A stretch of 64,000 bases of DNA, from NCBI GenBank assembly GCA_023421505.1, contig JAEZTJ010000083.1, forward strand, positions 6,515-70,514, read 5' to 3'. This document shows positions 51,169 to 59,809 of the stretch, piece after piece. The translations under genes and the position numbers were made by a program. The notes under the pieces were generated by a model. The model was given only the letters and a program-made list of their open reading frames with translations. It did not search any database and was not told the origin of the DNA. Positions within the stretch are counted from its first letter, which is position 1. Each line of letters starts with the position of its first letter. Source of the stretch: Bacillota bacterium (lineage in GTDB: Bacteria > Bacillota > Clostridia > Lachnospirales > Lachnospiraceae).

Positions 51169-52644
51169 GTGCAAAAAATTATGACTAAAAGAAAAAAGAC
51201 AAGAAATAAAAGTAAATATATATTGATGTTTACCGGTTTTGGTATCTTTATCCCACTAATAATCGTATATCTGTTTTTTGCTTTTTATTTTCAAAAGCAT
51301 TACTATGGAAATACTGTCATTAATGGGACAAGTACATCTAATATGACGATACACGAAGCAAAGGATGCCATCAATTCGCAGGTGAAGGATTACCTTTTGA
51401 CAATTGAAGAAAGAAATGGTATATCAGATTATATTACCGGTGAAATAATTAATCTGCATACAGTTTTTGATGATAGTCTATCAGATATATTAAAGGAACA
51501 AAAGACTTTTACCTGGCCTGTATCAATATTTAGGACACATGAGCTTACTGTCAATACAATGCTTAATTATGATGAGTCTTTATTAAAAAAGTACTTTAAG
51601 AAGCTGAATTGTTTTGATCAGGCTAATGTGATTAATCCAGAGAATGCAACGATATCTGAATATGGTACAAATGGATTTGAGATCGTTCCGGAAAAACAGG
51701 GTGCCAAAGTAGTGGAGGATAAATTATTTGAAGCTATTCGTAATGCAATCTATTCCTTAGCCCCCTCTTTATCAATCGAGAAAGAGGGCTGTTATGAAGA
51801 ACCTTTGATAACAGCTGAAAATCCTAAGCTGCAAAAGGCATTAAAGAAGATGAATCAAATTGCTGCAACAGAGATAACCTATGAATTCGGTGAGGTTACT
51901 GAAATACTGAATGGAGAGCAGATTAGCAAGTGGATTTCAGTAAATGAAGATTTTGTAGTGGAATTTGATGAAAATGGGATAAAGGAATATGTAGATTATA
52001 TCGGTAAGACCTATAATTCCTTTGGCAGAGTCAGGGAATTCAAGACCTCTTACGGGGATGTGATTAAAGTTTCGGGCGGAGATTATGGCTGGTGGTTGAA
52101 TCGGCCTGAGGAAGTAGCAGAATTAAGAGAATTAATTCGTAAGGGCGTAAAGCAGAAGAGAACGCCAATCTATTTTCAGACAGCACAGCAATATGGCAAG
52201 GATGATATTGGCGACACCTATGTGGAAGTAAACCTTACAGCGCAGCATTTATTTTTCTATAAGGATGGAAAACGCATTCTGGAATCCGATTTTGTATCTG
52301 GAAATGTATCAAAAAAGTTTGGCACACCAACCGGAACTTATCCGGTACAATATAAGCAAAATGATGCTACGTTGGTGGGAGAGGACTATGAAACACCAGT
52401 AAAATACTGGATGCCCTTTAATAAGAATATCGGTTTTCATGATGCATCCTGGAGAAGTAAATTCGGTAAAGATATCTATCTGACCAATGGATCACACGGA
52501 TGTATCAATATGCCCCCGGCAAATGCGAAAAAAATGTTTCAAAATATTCAAAGGGGAGTTGCAGTTGTAGTATATAAGCTGCCCGGAACAGAAACCTATG
52601 ATGTGAATAAGCTCAAAGGAAAGAATAAGACAACATCTGAGTAA
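51169..52644 (+). CDS. Membrane-anchored L,D-transpeptidase (PG_binding_4 plus YkuD; Ldtfm-like)
   Basis: N-terminal TM, GGDYGW, IGFHDA.WR...GSHGCINMP. Start at 51169 or 51181. Confidence 0.9.
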   Translation: MQKIMTKRKKTRNKSKYILMFTGFGIFIPLIIVYLFFAFYFQKHYYGNTVINGTSTSNMTIHEAKDAINSQVKDYLLTIEERNGISDYITGEIINLHTVFDDSLSDILKEQKTFTWPVSIFRTHELTVNTMLNYDESLLKKYFKKLNCFDQANVINPENATISEYGTNGFEIVPEKQGAKVVEDKLFEAIRNAIYSLAPSLSIEKEGCYEEPLITAENPKLQKALKKMNQIAATEITYEFGEVTEILNGEQISKWISVNEDFVVEFDENGIKEYVDYIGKTYNSFGRVREFKTSYGDVIKVSGGDYGWWLNRPEEVAELRELIRKGVKQKRTPIYFQTAQQYGKDDIGDTYVEVNLTAQHLFFYKDGKRILESDFVSGNVSKKFGTPTGTYPVQYKQNDATLVGEDYETPVKYWMPFNKNIGFHDASWRSKFGKDIYLTNGSHGCINMPPANAKKMFQNIQRGVAVVVYKLPGTETYDVNKLKGKNKTTSE

Positions 52645-52649
52645 AAAGT

Positions 52650-52686
52650 AACCTGACTGTTATAAATAGAAACAGTCAGGTTTTTT
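52650..52686 (+). terminator. Intrinsic terminator
   Basis: aacctgactgtt ... aacagtcaggtt followed by tttt. Confidence 0.85.
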
Positions 52687-52753
52687 GTGTCATAATTCTC
52701 AAAAATTCATATCGTGAGTAGTATAAGTAATTATTTAGTGTCAATAGGTTTTT

Positions 52754-52775
52754 CTCGGCACAAACTAATTCAAAG
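52754..52775 (+). repeat. 22-bp fragment of repeat module B at the left edge of the lasso cluster
   Basis: ctcggcacaaactaattcaaag identical to 7512-7533. Confidence 0.75.
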
Positions 52776-52842
52776 ATACTTTTTTATGGAAATGTCAGCT
52801 TGAGAGCTTGGTGCTTTATAATATATGATTAGGTGAATAGAT

Positions 52843-53124
52843 ATGAATATGATTACATTGCAAAGTATGATTGTACAAAATGAAGAAATTGCTGCAGCCG
52901 AAATGGATGAGGAATTCGTAATGATGAACATTAAGACGGGGAACTATTATAGTCTTGGAAATACGGGAAGCATAATATGGAAAATGCTTTCACATCCAAT
53001 TTTGGTAGATACGCTTATTGAAGATCTGATAGAAAAGTACCAGGTGACAAGACAGCAATGTGAAGAGGAGGTAATCACTTTTCTTAATGAAATGAATGGG
53101 GAAGGATTGATCCATATAAAATGA
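52843..53124 (+). CDS. Lasso peptide B1 protein (PqqD-family RiPP recognition element)
   Basis: EMDEEFVMMNIKTGNYYSLGNTGSIIW...LIEKYQV...FL..M...GLI. Confidence 0.92.
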   Translation: MNMITLQSMIVQNEEIAAAEMDEEFVMMNIKTGNYYSLGNTGSIIWKMLSHPILVDTLIEDLIEKYQVTRQQCEEEVITFLNEMNGEGLIHIK

Positions 53125-54971
53125 GTGCAATATTTGGTATTATCAATATGAATGGAGACCCTGTAAAGGCTGAATATCTGGAAACAATGAAGAATAAAAT
53201 CAGCCATTACGGGATGGATGCACAGGATTTTAGATATTATAATAATATTGGCCTTGGATGTTGCAGTAATCATATCAGTAACTATTCACAATCAGATACT
53301 CTAGTGCTCTATGATGCACAGCACGAGCTTACGCTAGTTAGTGATGCTGTTATTTATAACAGGGAGGAATTATTTCATAAATATCTTGGTAACGAGAATA
53401 AGGAGATTTCTACCCAAGCTTTTCTTATGAAAGCTTTTATAAAATGGGGTGAGGACTTCCCTAAATACTTAAATGGTGATTTCACAGTTGCAATCTGGGA
53501 TCATAAAAAGAAGCGGTGCATATTGATCAGGGACCATCTGGGAGTACGCCCAATTTATTATTTTTATAATAAACTGACCTTTGCCTTTGCAACAGATTAC
53601 AGGGCCTTACTTAAGCTGCCCTTTGTCGGAAAGCAGTTGGATGAGATTAAGTTTTATGCTCTGCTAAGTGATACCTATCATATTGATACAGAAAGCACCT
53701 ATTTTGCTCAGATAAAACGACTTCCTCAGGCACATATTATGTGCATGGATGAACAGGGGGTCTATAAAAGGAAATATTGGACACCCGGAGCAGGGAAAAA
53801 AATAGTATTTCAAACAGAAGAGGAATATGCATCACAATTATATAAAATTGTAGATGATGCAGTGAGGCTCAGGGTAAATCAAACAAATAAAAAAATAGGA
53901 TCTGAAATTAGTGGAGGTCTTGATTCCTCGGTGGTAACGGTTCTTGCTAGCAGGGAGCTAAATATAACGAATAAAAAACTGATAGCATACTCCTGGTCAC
54001 CAAGCTTTGAATTGCTGGAGCAACAAGAAAAGGACGAAAGGTTAATCATTCAAAAAATATGTGAAAAGGAAGACTTCGAGTGCAGATTTAGAGTCTCTTC
54101 AAAGACTGCAAAACAGGAGGCAGACTGCAAGGCAGCATTAACGGATGGATATAGAAGCGAAGCGCTACATGGAATTTTAGAAGAAATGTCTTCCGAAGGA
54201 ATAAGATGTATGCTTAGTGGTTGGGGTGGAGATGAAGGAATCAGCCACCGAGCAGATATCATTGAGCTTATTATATCTGGGTATTTGGGACATTTTCTGA
54301 AAGAAGCTAAAATTTTGGCCAGAGGATCTCTTCTGCGATTAATAAAAGTGATACTTTCGGTGCCTGTTATCCTGCTGCTTCGCCCTTATAGTATATTTGG
54401 TACTCAGAACAAAGGCATACCGAGAATTGTAAAGAAGGAATATGAAAAAAGAATAAAAAAGCTATGTAAAAGAGATATCCTTGCTTTTAAAATAAATCCA
54501 ATAAAGCATATTGAATCGGGGGTTAGCGTAAGCAGAACAGAGATAATGGCATGGTTGGGTGCCGACTATAATATACAATATATGTTCCCTCTACTAGATT
54601 ACCGGGTTATAGATTATGCAATGTCCATTCCTAAGTATCTGTATTATAAGCAGGCTACCAGCAGATATATATACAGAAAAGCCTTTGAAAAGATATTACC
54701 TCATGAACTATGTTATAATACGAGTAAAATTGATAATGCCAATGTAATATTTATACAAAAAACAGATAACAGTCAGGAAAGGGCAGAAATAACTTCGGCT
54801 TTCATACATCAGGAATTATTTGTTCCCTATATTGACTGGAATATTATTACAAAACTGCTAGAGCAGAAGTATTTCCTGAAAACATCAAGAGGCAGTATTT
54901 TCACCTTATTAAAAATTCAGGTATGCTACGATATACAACGGCTTCTGGATGATGCATTAAGGGAACGTTAA
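53121..54971 (+). CDS. Lasso peptide macrolactam cyclase (asparagine-synthetase-like, C protein)
   Basis: MSAIFG without the catalytic Cys, RDHLGVRP, SGGLDSS PP-loop, SGWGGDE, FPLLD; overlaps B1 by ATGA. Confidence 0.9.
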   Translation: MSAIFGIINMNGDPVKAEYLETMKNKISHYGMDAQDFRYYNNIGLGCCSNHISNYSQSDTLVLYDAQHELTLVSDAVIYNREELFHKYLGNENKEISTQAFLMKAFIKWGEDFPKYLNGDFTVAIWDHKKKRCILIRDHLGVRPIYYFYNKLTFAFATDYRALLKLPFVGKQLDEIKFYALLSDTYHIDTESTYFAQIKRLPQAHIMCMDEQGVYKRKYWTPGAGKKIVFQTEEEYASQLYKIVDDAVRLRVNQTNKKIGSEISGGLDSSVVTVLASRELNITNKKLIAYSWSPSFELLEQQEKDERLIIQKICEKEDFECRFRVSSKTAKQEADCKAALTDGYRSEALHGILEEMSSEGIRCMLSGWGGDEGISHRADIIELIISGYLGHFLKEAKILARGSLLRLIKVILSVPVILLLRPYSIFGTQNKGIPRIVKKEYEKRIKKLCKRDILAFKINPIKHIESGVSVSRTEIMAWLGADYNIQYMFPLLDYRVIDYAMSIPKYLYYKQATSRYIYRKAFEKILPHELCYNTSKIDNANVIFIQKTDNSQERAEITSAFIHQELFVPYIDWNIITKLLEQKYFLKTSRGSIFTLLKIQVCYDIQRLLDDALRER

Positions 54972-55015
54972 GGAATATTCAAATTTTAAAGTGTATACGA
55001 CTGCAGTATAGATGA

Positions 55016-55067
55016 ATAGAAGAACAAAGCTATTTGTAATTTATGCCACATAGCTTTGTTCTTCTAT
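55016..55067. terminator. Bidirectional terminator between cyclase and precursor gene
   Basis: Perfect 18-bp inverted repeat atagaagaacaaagctat / atagctttgttcttctat. Confidence 0.85.
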
Positions 55068-55119
55068 AAAAGAATCATTCTCAACTACATTAAATATAAT
55101 AGATGGAACTTATTAAAGC

Positions 55120-55251
55120 TTAACTTGGTCCTTGAACACCCAATATCTCAATCGGTAGGATGACGATACCGCTTTCAGTATGTTTTCTTGCATCAAGGCA
55201 CTGTAATTGAGGTGTTTCCCATAACAATTTGCCTGATTGAGCTTCCTTCAT
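55120..55251 (-). CDS. Lasso peptide precursor, 43 aa: MKEAQSGKLLWETPQLQCLDARKHTE-SGIVILPIEILGVQGPS
   Basis: Translated by hand. Strong SD aaaggagg, leader WxxPxLxxLD motif, Thr(-2), core Ser1 with Glu9, C-terminal Ser. Confidence 0.9.
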   Translation of the reverse strand: MKEAQSGKLLWETPQLQCLDARKHTESGIVILPIEILGVQGPS

Positions 55252-55424
55252 GTTAAATCCTCCTTTATTATAGCAATAATAAAAAATATTTGTATCATAA
55301 AGATTAATTAACTCATAAGTTATATCAGATATATTTGCCCAATGTTTACAGATATCTAATATAGTATATGTCGTTATATAAATTATTGTGCCGACTTACT
55401 GGAAGATTAGGAGCGGTTATTCGT

Positions 55425-56648
55425 ATGAGTAATAATTTGATATATAGTAAGGAATTTAATACGTTAGAAATGAGACTGTTAATCCTTTGCTCTATATATA
55501 ATCTCTCCGATAAGCAGAGGACAAAAATAGAGGATTTATTTCGCGAAGGTATTAATTGGGATGATTTTTATAAGCTGGCTGTAAAAAATAAGATTTATCC
55601 TATTATTTATAGAAATTTAAAGAGGCTCAATAACAATATTTTAGATGAGAATACAATCAGGAAGTTTGAATGGATATGTAAAGAAAACCGTATAAGGGCA
55701 CTGCAGCTCACAAAGGAGCTGACAAAGCTGATGGAGCTTTTTAAGCAAAGGGATGTCAGAGCGATATCAGTGAAGGGACCGCTGCTTGCTATGGCTTTAT
55801 ACCAGGATCCGAGCATGAGGGTATCAAGAGATTTAGATATTCTGGTTGATTTTTCTGATCTTAACAAAGCGAATGAGCTTCTTATAGAGGCGGGTTATAC
55901 ATTAGATAACAATGTTAGGAACCTTACCAGAAAACAAAAAGAGCAATATATAAAGTCATCGCATCATTTCTCTTATTCAAATAATCTGGAAGACCAAATC
56001 GAATTACATTGGAGATTGTCAAAGGATTATTATAACTTGCCTTTTGCAGATATATGGGATAAGAAAAAGGAAATCGATATATTCGGTAGGAACATGAATG
56101 TATTATCAGAAGAAGAAAATCTATTGTATTTGATTTATCATGGCTCAAAGCATGCATGGAAAAGGCTGGGATGGCTATGTGATATTTATCAGATCATTAA
56201 GAATAATCAATTGGATTGGAACTGTCTTATGAATAGAGCAGAGCAGCTTCAAATCACACACATGGTAATACAATCCATCATTTTACTCAAGAAGCTTTAT
56301 GGATTAAAACCGCATATTAAATTTGATATAAGTAAAAAAGAGGTGATGACAGCAAAGCACCTAGCAGTAATATCCACCTTTTTTATAATGAATCTGGATG
56401 AGAGAGCAGAAATGCAGGGCCATTCTCTTTTCTATAGGTATAATAAATATTTGTGGATATGGTATAGAAGCTACGGTAGAAGATTATTACTCATTGTAAA
56501 TCATTTCATACCTACGATTGAGGATTATAAAACAATGGAGTTGCAGGATCGATATTATAATATTTACTATATGCTGCGGTTTTTTTGTATTGTGAAGAAA
56601 TGTAAAAAATATCTTTTTCTGCAAAATAAGAGAAAAGCTTCGCTATAA
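55425..56648 (+). CDS. Nucleotidyltransferase (NTP_transf_5-like) lasso tailoring enzyme
   Basis: VKGPLLA..LY.DPSMRVSRDLDILV, IELHW, HGSKH.W.RLGWL.D. SD aggag before ATG 55425. Confidence 0.85.
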   Translation: MSNNLIYSKEFNTLEMRLLILCSIYNLSDKQRTKIEDLFREGINWDDFYKLAVKNKIYPIIYRNLKRLNNNILDENTIRKFEWICKENRIRALQLTKELTKLMELFKQRDVRAISVKGPLLAMALYQDPSMRVSRDLDILVDFSDLNKANELLIEAGYTLDNNVRNLTRKQKEQYIKSSHHFSYSNNLEDQIELHWRLSKDYYNLPFADIWDKKKEIDIFGRNMNVLSEEENLLYLIYHGSKHAWKRLGWLCDIYQIIKNNQLDWNCLMNRAEQLQITHMVIQSIILLKKLYGLKPHIKFDISKKEVMTAKHLAVISTFFIMNLDERAEMQGHSLFYRYNKYLWIWYRSYGRRLLLIVNHFIPTIEDYKTMELQDRYYNIYYMLRFFCIVKKCKKYLFLQNKRKASL

Positions 56649-56772
56649 TATCAATATTGCAGTGTAGAAATCAATGACAATACGCTGGGAAGAAATGAAG
56701 CCAAATGATGTTTTCGTATACAATAATCAAACTCTATCTTTGGGTAAATCTTTAATTGGAAAAGAGGATGTC

Positions 56773-57672
56773 GTGAATACATATAAAGCCTTTGGTCTAA
56801 TAATTGAGTCTGAAATCGTTATCGACGACTTAATAGCAGGTAGCTTAGAGAAGCCTGATGTTATAATTGTAAAAGGCAGTGCCCCAGATACCTTTGAGAA
56901 CACAGTAATAGATACTCCCAGTGTAAAAATAAGCAATGATAAATATTTTTCACTTATTCATAATGTAGCGAAATATTATGTGGAGAAGGGAAGATATATC
57001 ATTGTAGAGCCCTTTGAAGCTTCTGCTGAGGAAGAAGTGAAGCTTTATCTATTAGGCAATTGTATGGGAGCTTTGCTATATCAGAGAAGAATTTTACCTC
57101 TTCATGCAAGCTGTGTCAATGTAAATGAAAATGGAATACTGCTAGTAGGAGATTCCGGTGCCGGCAAATCAACAATAGCATCCGTTCTCCTAAAGAATGG
57201 CTATAAGCTGCTTACTGACGATGTGGCTGCGATTGACTTTAATAAAAATAAGGAGACGGTAATATATCCGGGCTACCCAAGTCAGAAGCTTTGGGAGGAC
57301 ACAATAGAGCGTATCGGAGTGGAAGAACCAAAGCTATCATTAATCAGAATATCAAAGGAACTTCATAAATACTCAGTTAAGAGGAACTCAAATTTTAAGG
57401 ATGGTACTACGCCTGTGAAAATAATTTTTGAAATTGTACCTGCAGAAATCACGGAAATTCAATTGGAAGAGGTTAAGGGTACTAAAAAATTAAATGTAAT
57501 TTTTAAGAATACCTATAGGAAGTTATTTGTTGAAGCTATGGAAATAAGGGAGTGGTATTTCGGAAGCTGTATTGCAATTGCCAATCAAGTAGCGGTTTAT
57601 CGGATTTTGAGGCCCCGGATGGAGCATTTAGAAAATGACATAGCCGAACTTATAATGGAGAAGGTAGATTGA
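56773..57672 (+). CDS. HPr-kinase-like lasso peptide kinase (PadeK-type)
   Basis: YKAFGL N-terminus, LHASCV, GDSGAGKST, LLTDD. GTG start after aaagagga. Confidence 0.88.
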   Translation: MNTYKAFGLIIESEIVIDDLIAGSLEKPDVIIVKGSAPDTFENTVIDTPSVKISNDKYFSLIHNVAKYYVEKGRYIIVEPFEASAEEEVKLYLLGNCMGALLYQRRILPLHASCVNVNENGILLVGDSGAGKSTIASVLLKNGYKLLTDDVAAIDFNKNKETVIYPGYPSQKLWEDTIERIGVEEPKLSLIRISKELHKYSVKRNSNFKDGTTPVKIIFEIVPAEITEIQLEEVKGTKKLNVIFKNTYRKLFVEAMEIREWYFGSCIAIANQVAVYRILRPRMEHLENDIAELIMEKVD

Positions 57673-57686
57673 AAAATTAAAGATTT

Positions 57687-57741
57687 TTCAATCGGCAAAT
57701 TTGTGCGCTGCCCAAATTCGCAGGTTTTGGCGTCATGGAGG
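57687..57741 (+). repeat. Repeat module D supplying the SD of lasso B2
   Basis: 57687-57731 is 44/45 identical to the reverse complement of 59527-59571. Confidence 0.85.
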
Positions 57742-57747
57742 ATTAAA

Positions 57748-58182
57748 GTGAAGTATATTGTTAAATTTATTAAGCTGCCGCTGCAATTAAAATTGATTTA
57801 TATTGAAGCATTTCTTATATTAGGCTTAACTAGATTTTTAATCTGGAAATTTAAATTCAAACGGATTGCAGGTTTCATAGGTAAAGTAAATCATGAAACA
57901 GAATTAACTGATACGAAAAAGGAATTGAAAAAGGTCAAACTTATTTCATATGCTGTAAGGACAATGAGCAAGTATACTTTATGGAAAAGTAATTGTCTGA
58001 CCCAAGCATTTACTGCGAAATTAATGCTAGACAGGAGAAAGCTTGAAAGTACCGTATATCTTGGTGTGGCTAAGGGTAGTAATAATCAGATGATAGCACA
58101 TGCCTGGATCAGGTGCGGTAAAATATTCGTGACAGGCGGAGATGGAAGTAAGTATTATACTGTGACAGGTAAATTTTCCTAA
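57748..58182 (+). CDS. Lasso peptide B2 leader peptidase (transglutaminase-like)
   Basis: WKSNCLTQA, YLGV, AHAWIRCG...VTGG. GTG start after ggagg. Confidence 0.92.
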   Translation: MKYIVKFIKLPLQLKLIYIEAFLILGLTRFLIWKFKFKRIAGFIGKVNHETELTDTKKELKKVKLISYAVRTMSKYTLWKSNCLTQAFTAKLMLDRRKLESTVYLGVAKGSNNQMIAHAWIRCGKIFVTGGDGSKYYTVTGKFS

Positions 58183-58366
58183 TATAATATTGTTTATTAC
58201 TGATAATTCAAGTTCGATTAAGAGGGTGATACTTTTATAAATTATATGAATCACCTGTATGAAATAATTAATTATAATTTTTTCAAAATAATGGCTTAGT
58301 CAGCTGCTGATTTATAAAGGACTATTAGTGTTTTTCGACACATAATCGATACTATGCTAGTTAATA

Positions 58367-59509
58367 TCAGAGCTTTGGCATTATTGAAACATTGCTTAAC
58401 AGCATATGTTTGACATATTGCTCTAGTACTTCTTCCTGAAGTAGAAAATCGGTATGAATTTCAATATATGATAATTTATCCTTATATTCTTTTTTAAAAT
58501 ACGGATTGATCACTGCTTCATACTGAGGTGCAAAAAGTCCTTGCTTTTTTATATAGCAGCTAGAAGGCTTTGCTTTTTCGCGGAAAGCTTTATCCACATA
58601 TTGCGCAAGGCTCTTATGTACAGCCATATCTTCAGCAGGCAAATAAAAATAGTCTTTATAATTATCATAAAAATGCTTTAATTCACCTTCATAAATACGT
58701 ACAGAAAGCATACCGGTATGATCATATGCCACTATTTGCATAAGCTCATTGCCAAATTGAATTTTTACCGGAAGAGTCTCGGATAATTCAAAGATAATAT
58801 TTAAAATATCGAGCTCTACCTCTGCTTTTCTTATTCTAATCGGTTTTTTAAATAGAGCTTCGTAATTCAGCATTGGACTAACATGGAGCAGCCCTCGTAG
58901 ATCATCCTCGTTATGAAGAAGTAACTGCTCAAGTAAAAGCTCGGCTTCTGTCGGAGAGGGGAAGGCTATACTGGGAGTGCGCATTTTCTTTAGCTTCTCA
59001 TAATGTTTCTTCCCCAGGTAAAACTGATATACTTCTATCAAATCACCGCCGTTAGAGGTATCCTTACGGTGCACCTTTAAAAAGGCTTCCAGTGACTTTA
59101 GCTTTAAACTATCTAACCCTAGTAGCTTTTTATAAGGTAAGACTTTCTTATAAATGTCTATGCTTATTAGATGGTCAAAGCTGTAATTCAGATTATGAAG
59201 AATGCATTTACGCTGTATATAGGGAATATCAAAGCCTGTGCCGTTATAGTGAATCAGAATGGAATAATCCTTTAAAAATTCAAAAAAGGAAGTGATTAAA
59301 AGAATCTCCTCTTTAATATCCTCCGAAAACCATTGGATTAGCTGATAGGAGGATTTTTCATAATAGGCACAGCCTATCAGATAAAGATAACTTGTATCTG
59401 CGGATAATCCAGTTGTTTCTATATCAAAAAATACAATTTTATTTATATCAAAATCCTTCTCAAAGGAATAGCCTGGCATTTGCTCAAGAGAAAATTGTCT
59501 CGTTATCAT
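58367..59509 (-). CDS. YprB-like RNase H-fold (DEDD) nuclease domain protein
   Basis: FFDIETTGLS, HYNGTGFDIPY, HNEDDL. Start ATG 59509; the longer ORF start lies in the repeat. Confidence 0.85.
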   Translation of the reverse strand: MITRQFSLEQMPGYSFEKDFDINKIVFFDIETTGLSADTSYLYLIGCAYYEKSSYQLIQWFSEDIKEEILLITSFFEFLKDYSILIHYNGTGFDIPYIQRKCILHNLNYSFDHLISIDIYKKVLPYKKLLGLDSLKLKSLEAFLKVHRKDTSNGGDLIEVYQFYLGKKHYEKLKKMRTPSIAFPSPTEAELLLEQLLLHNEDDLRGLLHVSPMLNYEALFKKPIRIRKAEVELDILNIIFELSETLPVKIQFGNELMQIVAYDHTGMLSVRIYEGELKHFYDNYKDYFYLPAEDMAVHKSLAQYVDKAFREKAKPSSCYIKKQGLFAPQYEAVINPYFKKEYKDKLSYIEIHTDFLLQEEVLEQYVKHMLLSNVSIMPKL

Positions 59510-59613
59510 ATCAAAACCTCCATACTGCCAAAACCTGCGAATTTGGGCAGCGCACAAATTTGCTGATTGAAGTGTGAATTATTCTTTTCAATAATTCACA
59601 CTAACTCCATGCC
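59510..59613 (-). repeat. Modular palindromic repeat in inverted orientation (B-tail, A, D)
   Basis: Reverse complement reads ggcatggagtTAGTGTGAATtattgaaaagaataattcacac-ttcaatcagcaaatttgtgcgctgcccaaattcgcaggttttggcagtatGGAGG. Confidence 0.88.
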
Positions 59614-59809
59614 GCTTTAACGGCAATGTAATTTTATCATATAATAAGACAGAAGGAAAGAGGACAGGCCCAGATATAATGCAGGCTTTATCGAATTAAA
59701 AAAGGATTAAAATCAAAAAATATACTGTATTTGCAAAAGGGTTGTGATATACTTAATCCTATTAATAGCCAAGCATAATAAGGATTGATAGATAAAGGGG
59801 AGTTATCCA

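Noticed and set aside
53121..54971. Ordinary asparagine synthetase AsnB
   Set aside because: It lacks the N-terminal catalytic Cys and is flanked by B1, B2 and a precursor, so it is a lasso cyclase.
56674..56772. Second lasso precursor in the kinase upstream extension
   Set aside because: No WxxPxL/Thr(-2)/ring-acid pattern and no separate stop codon.
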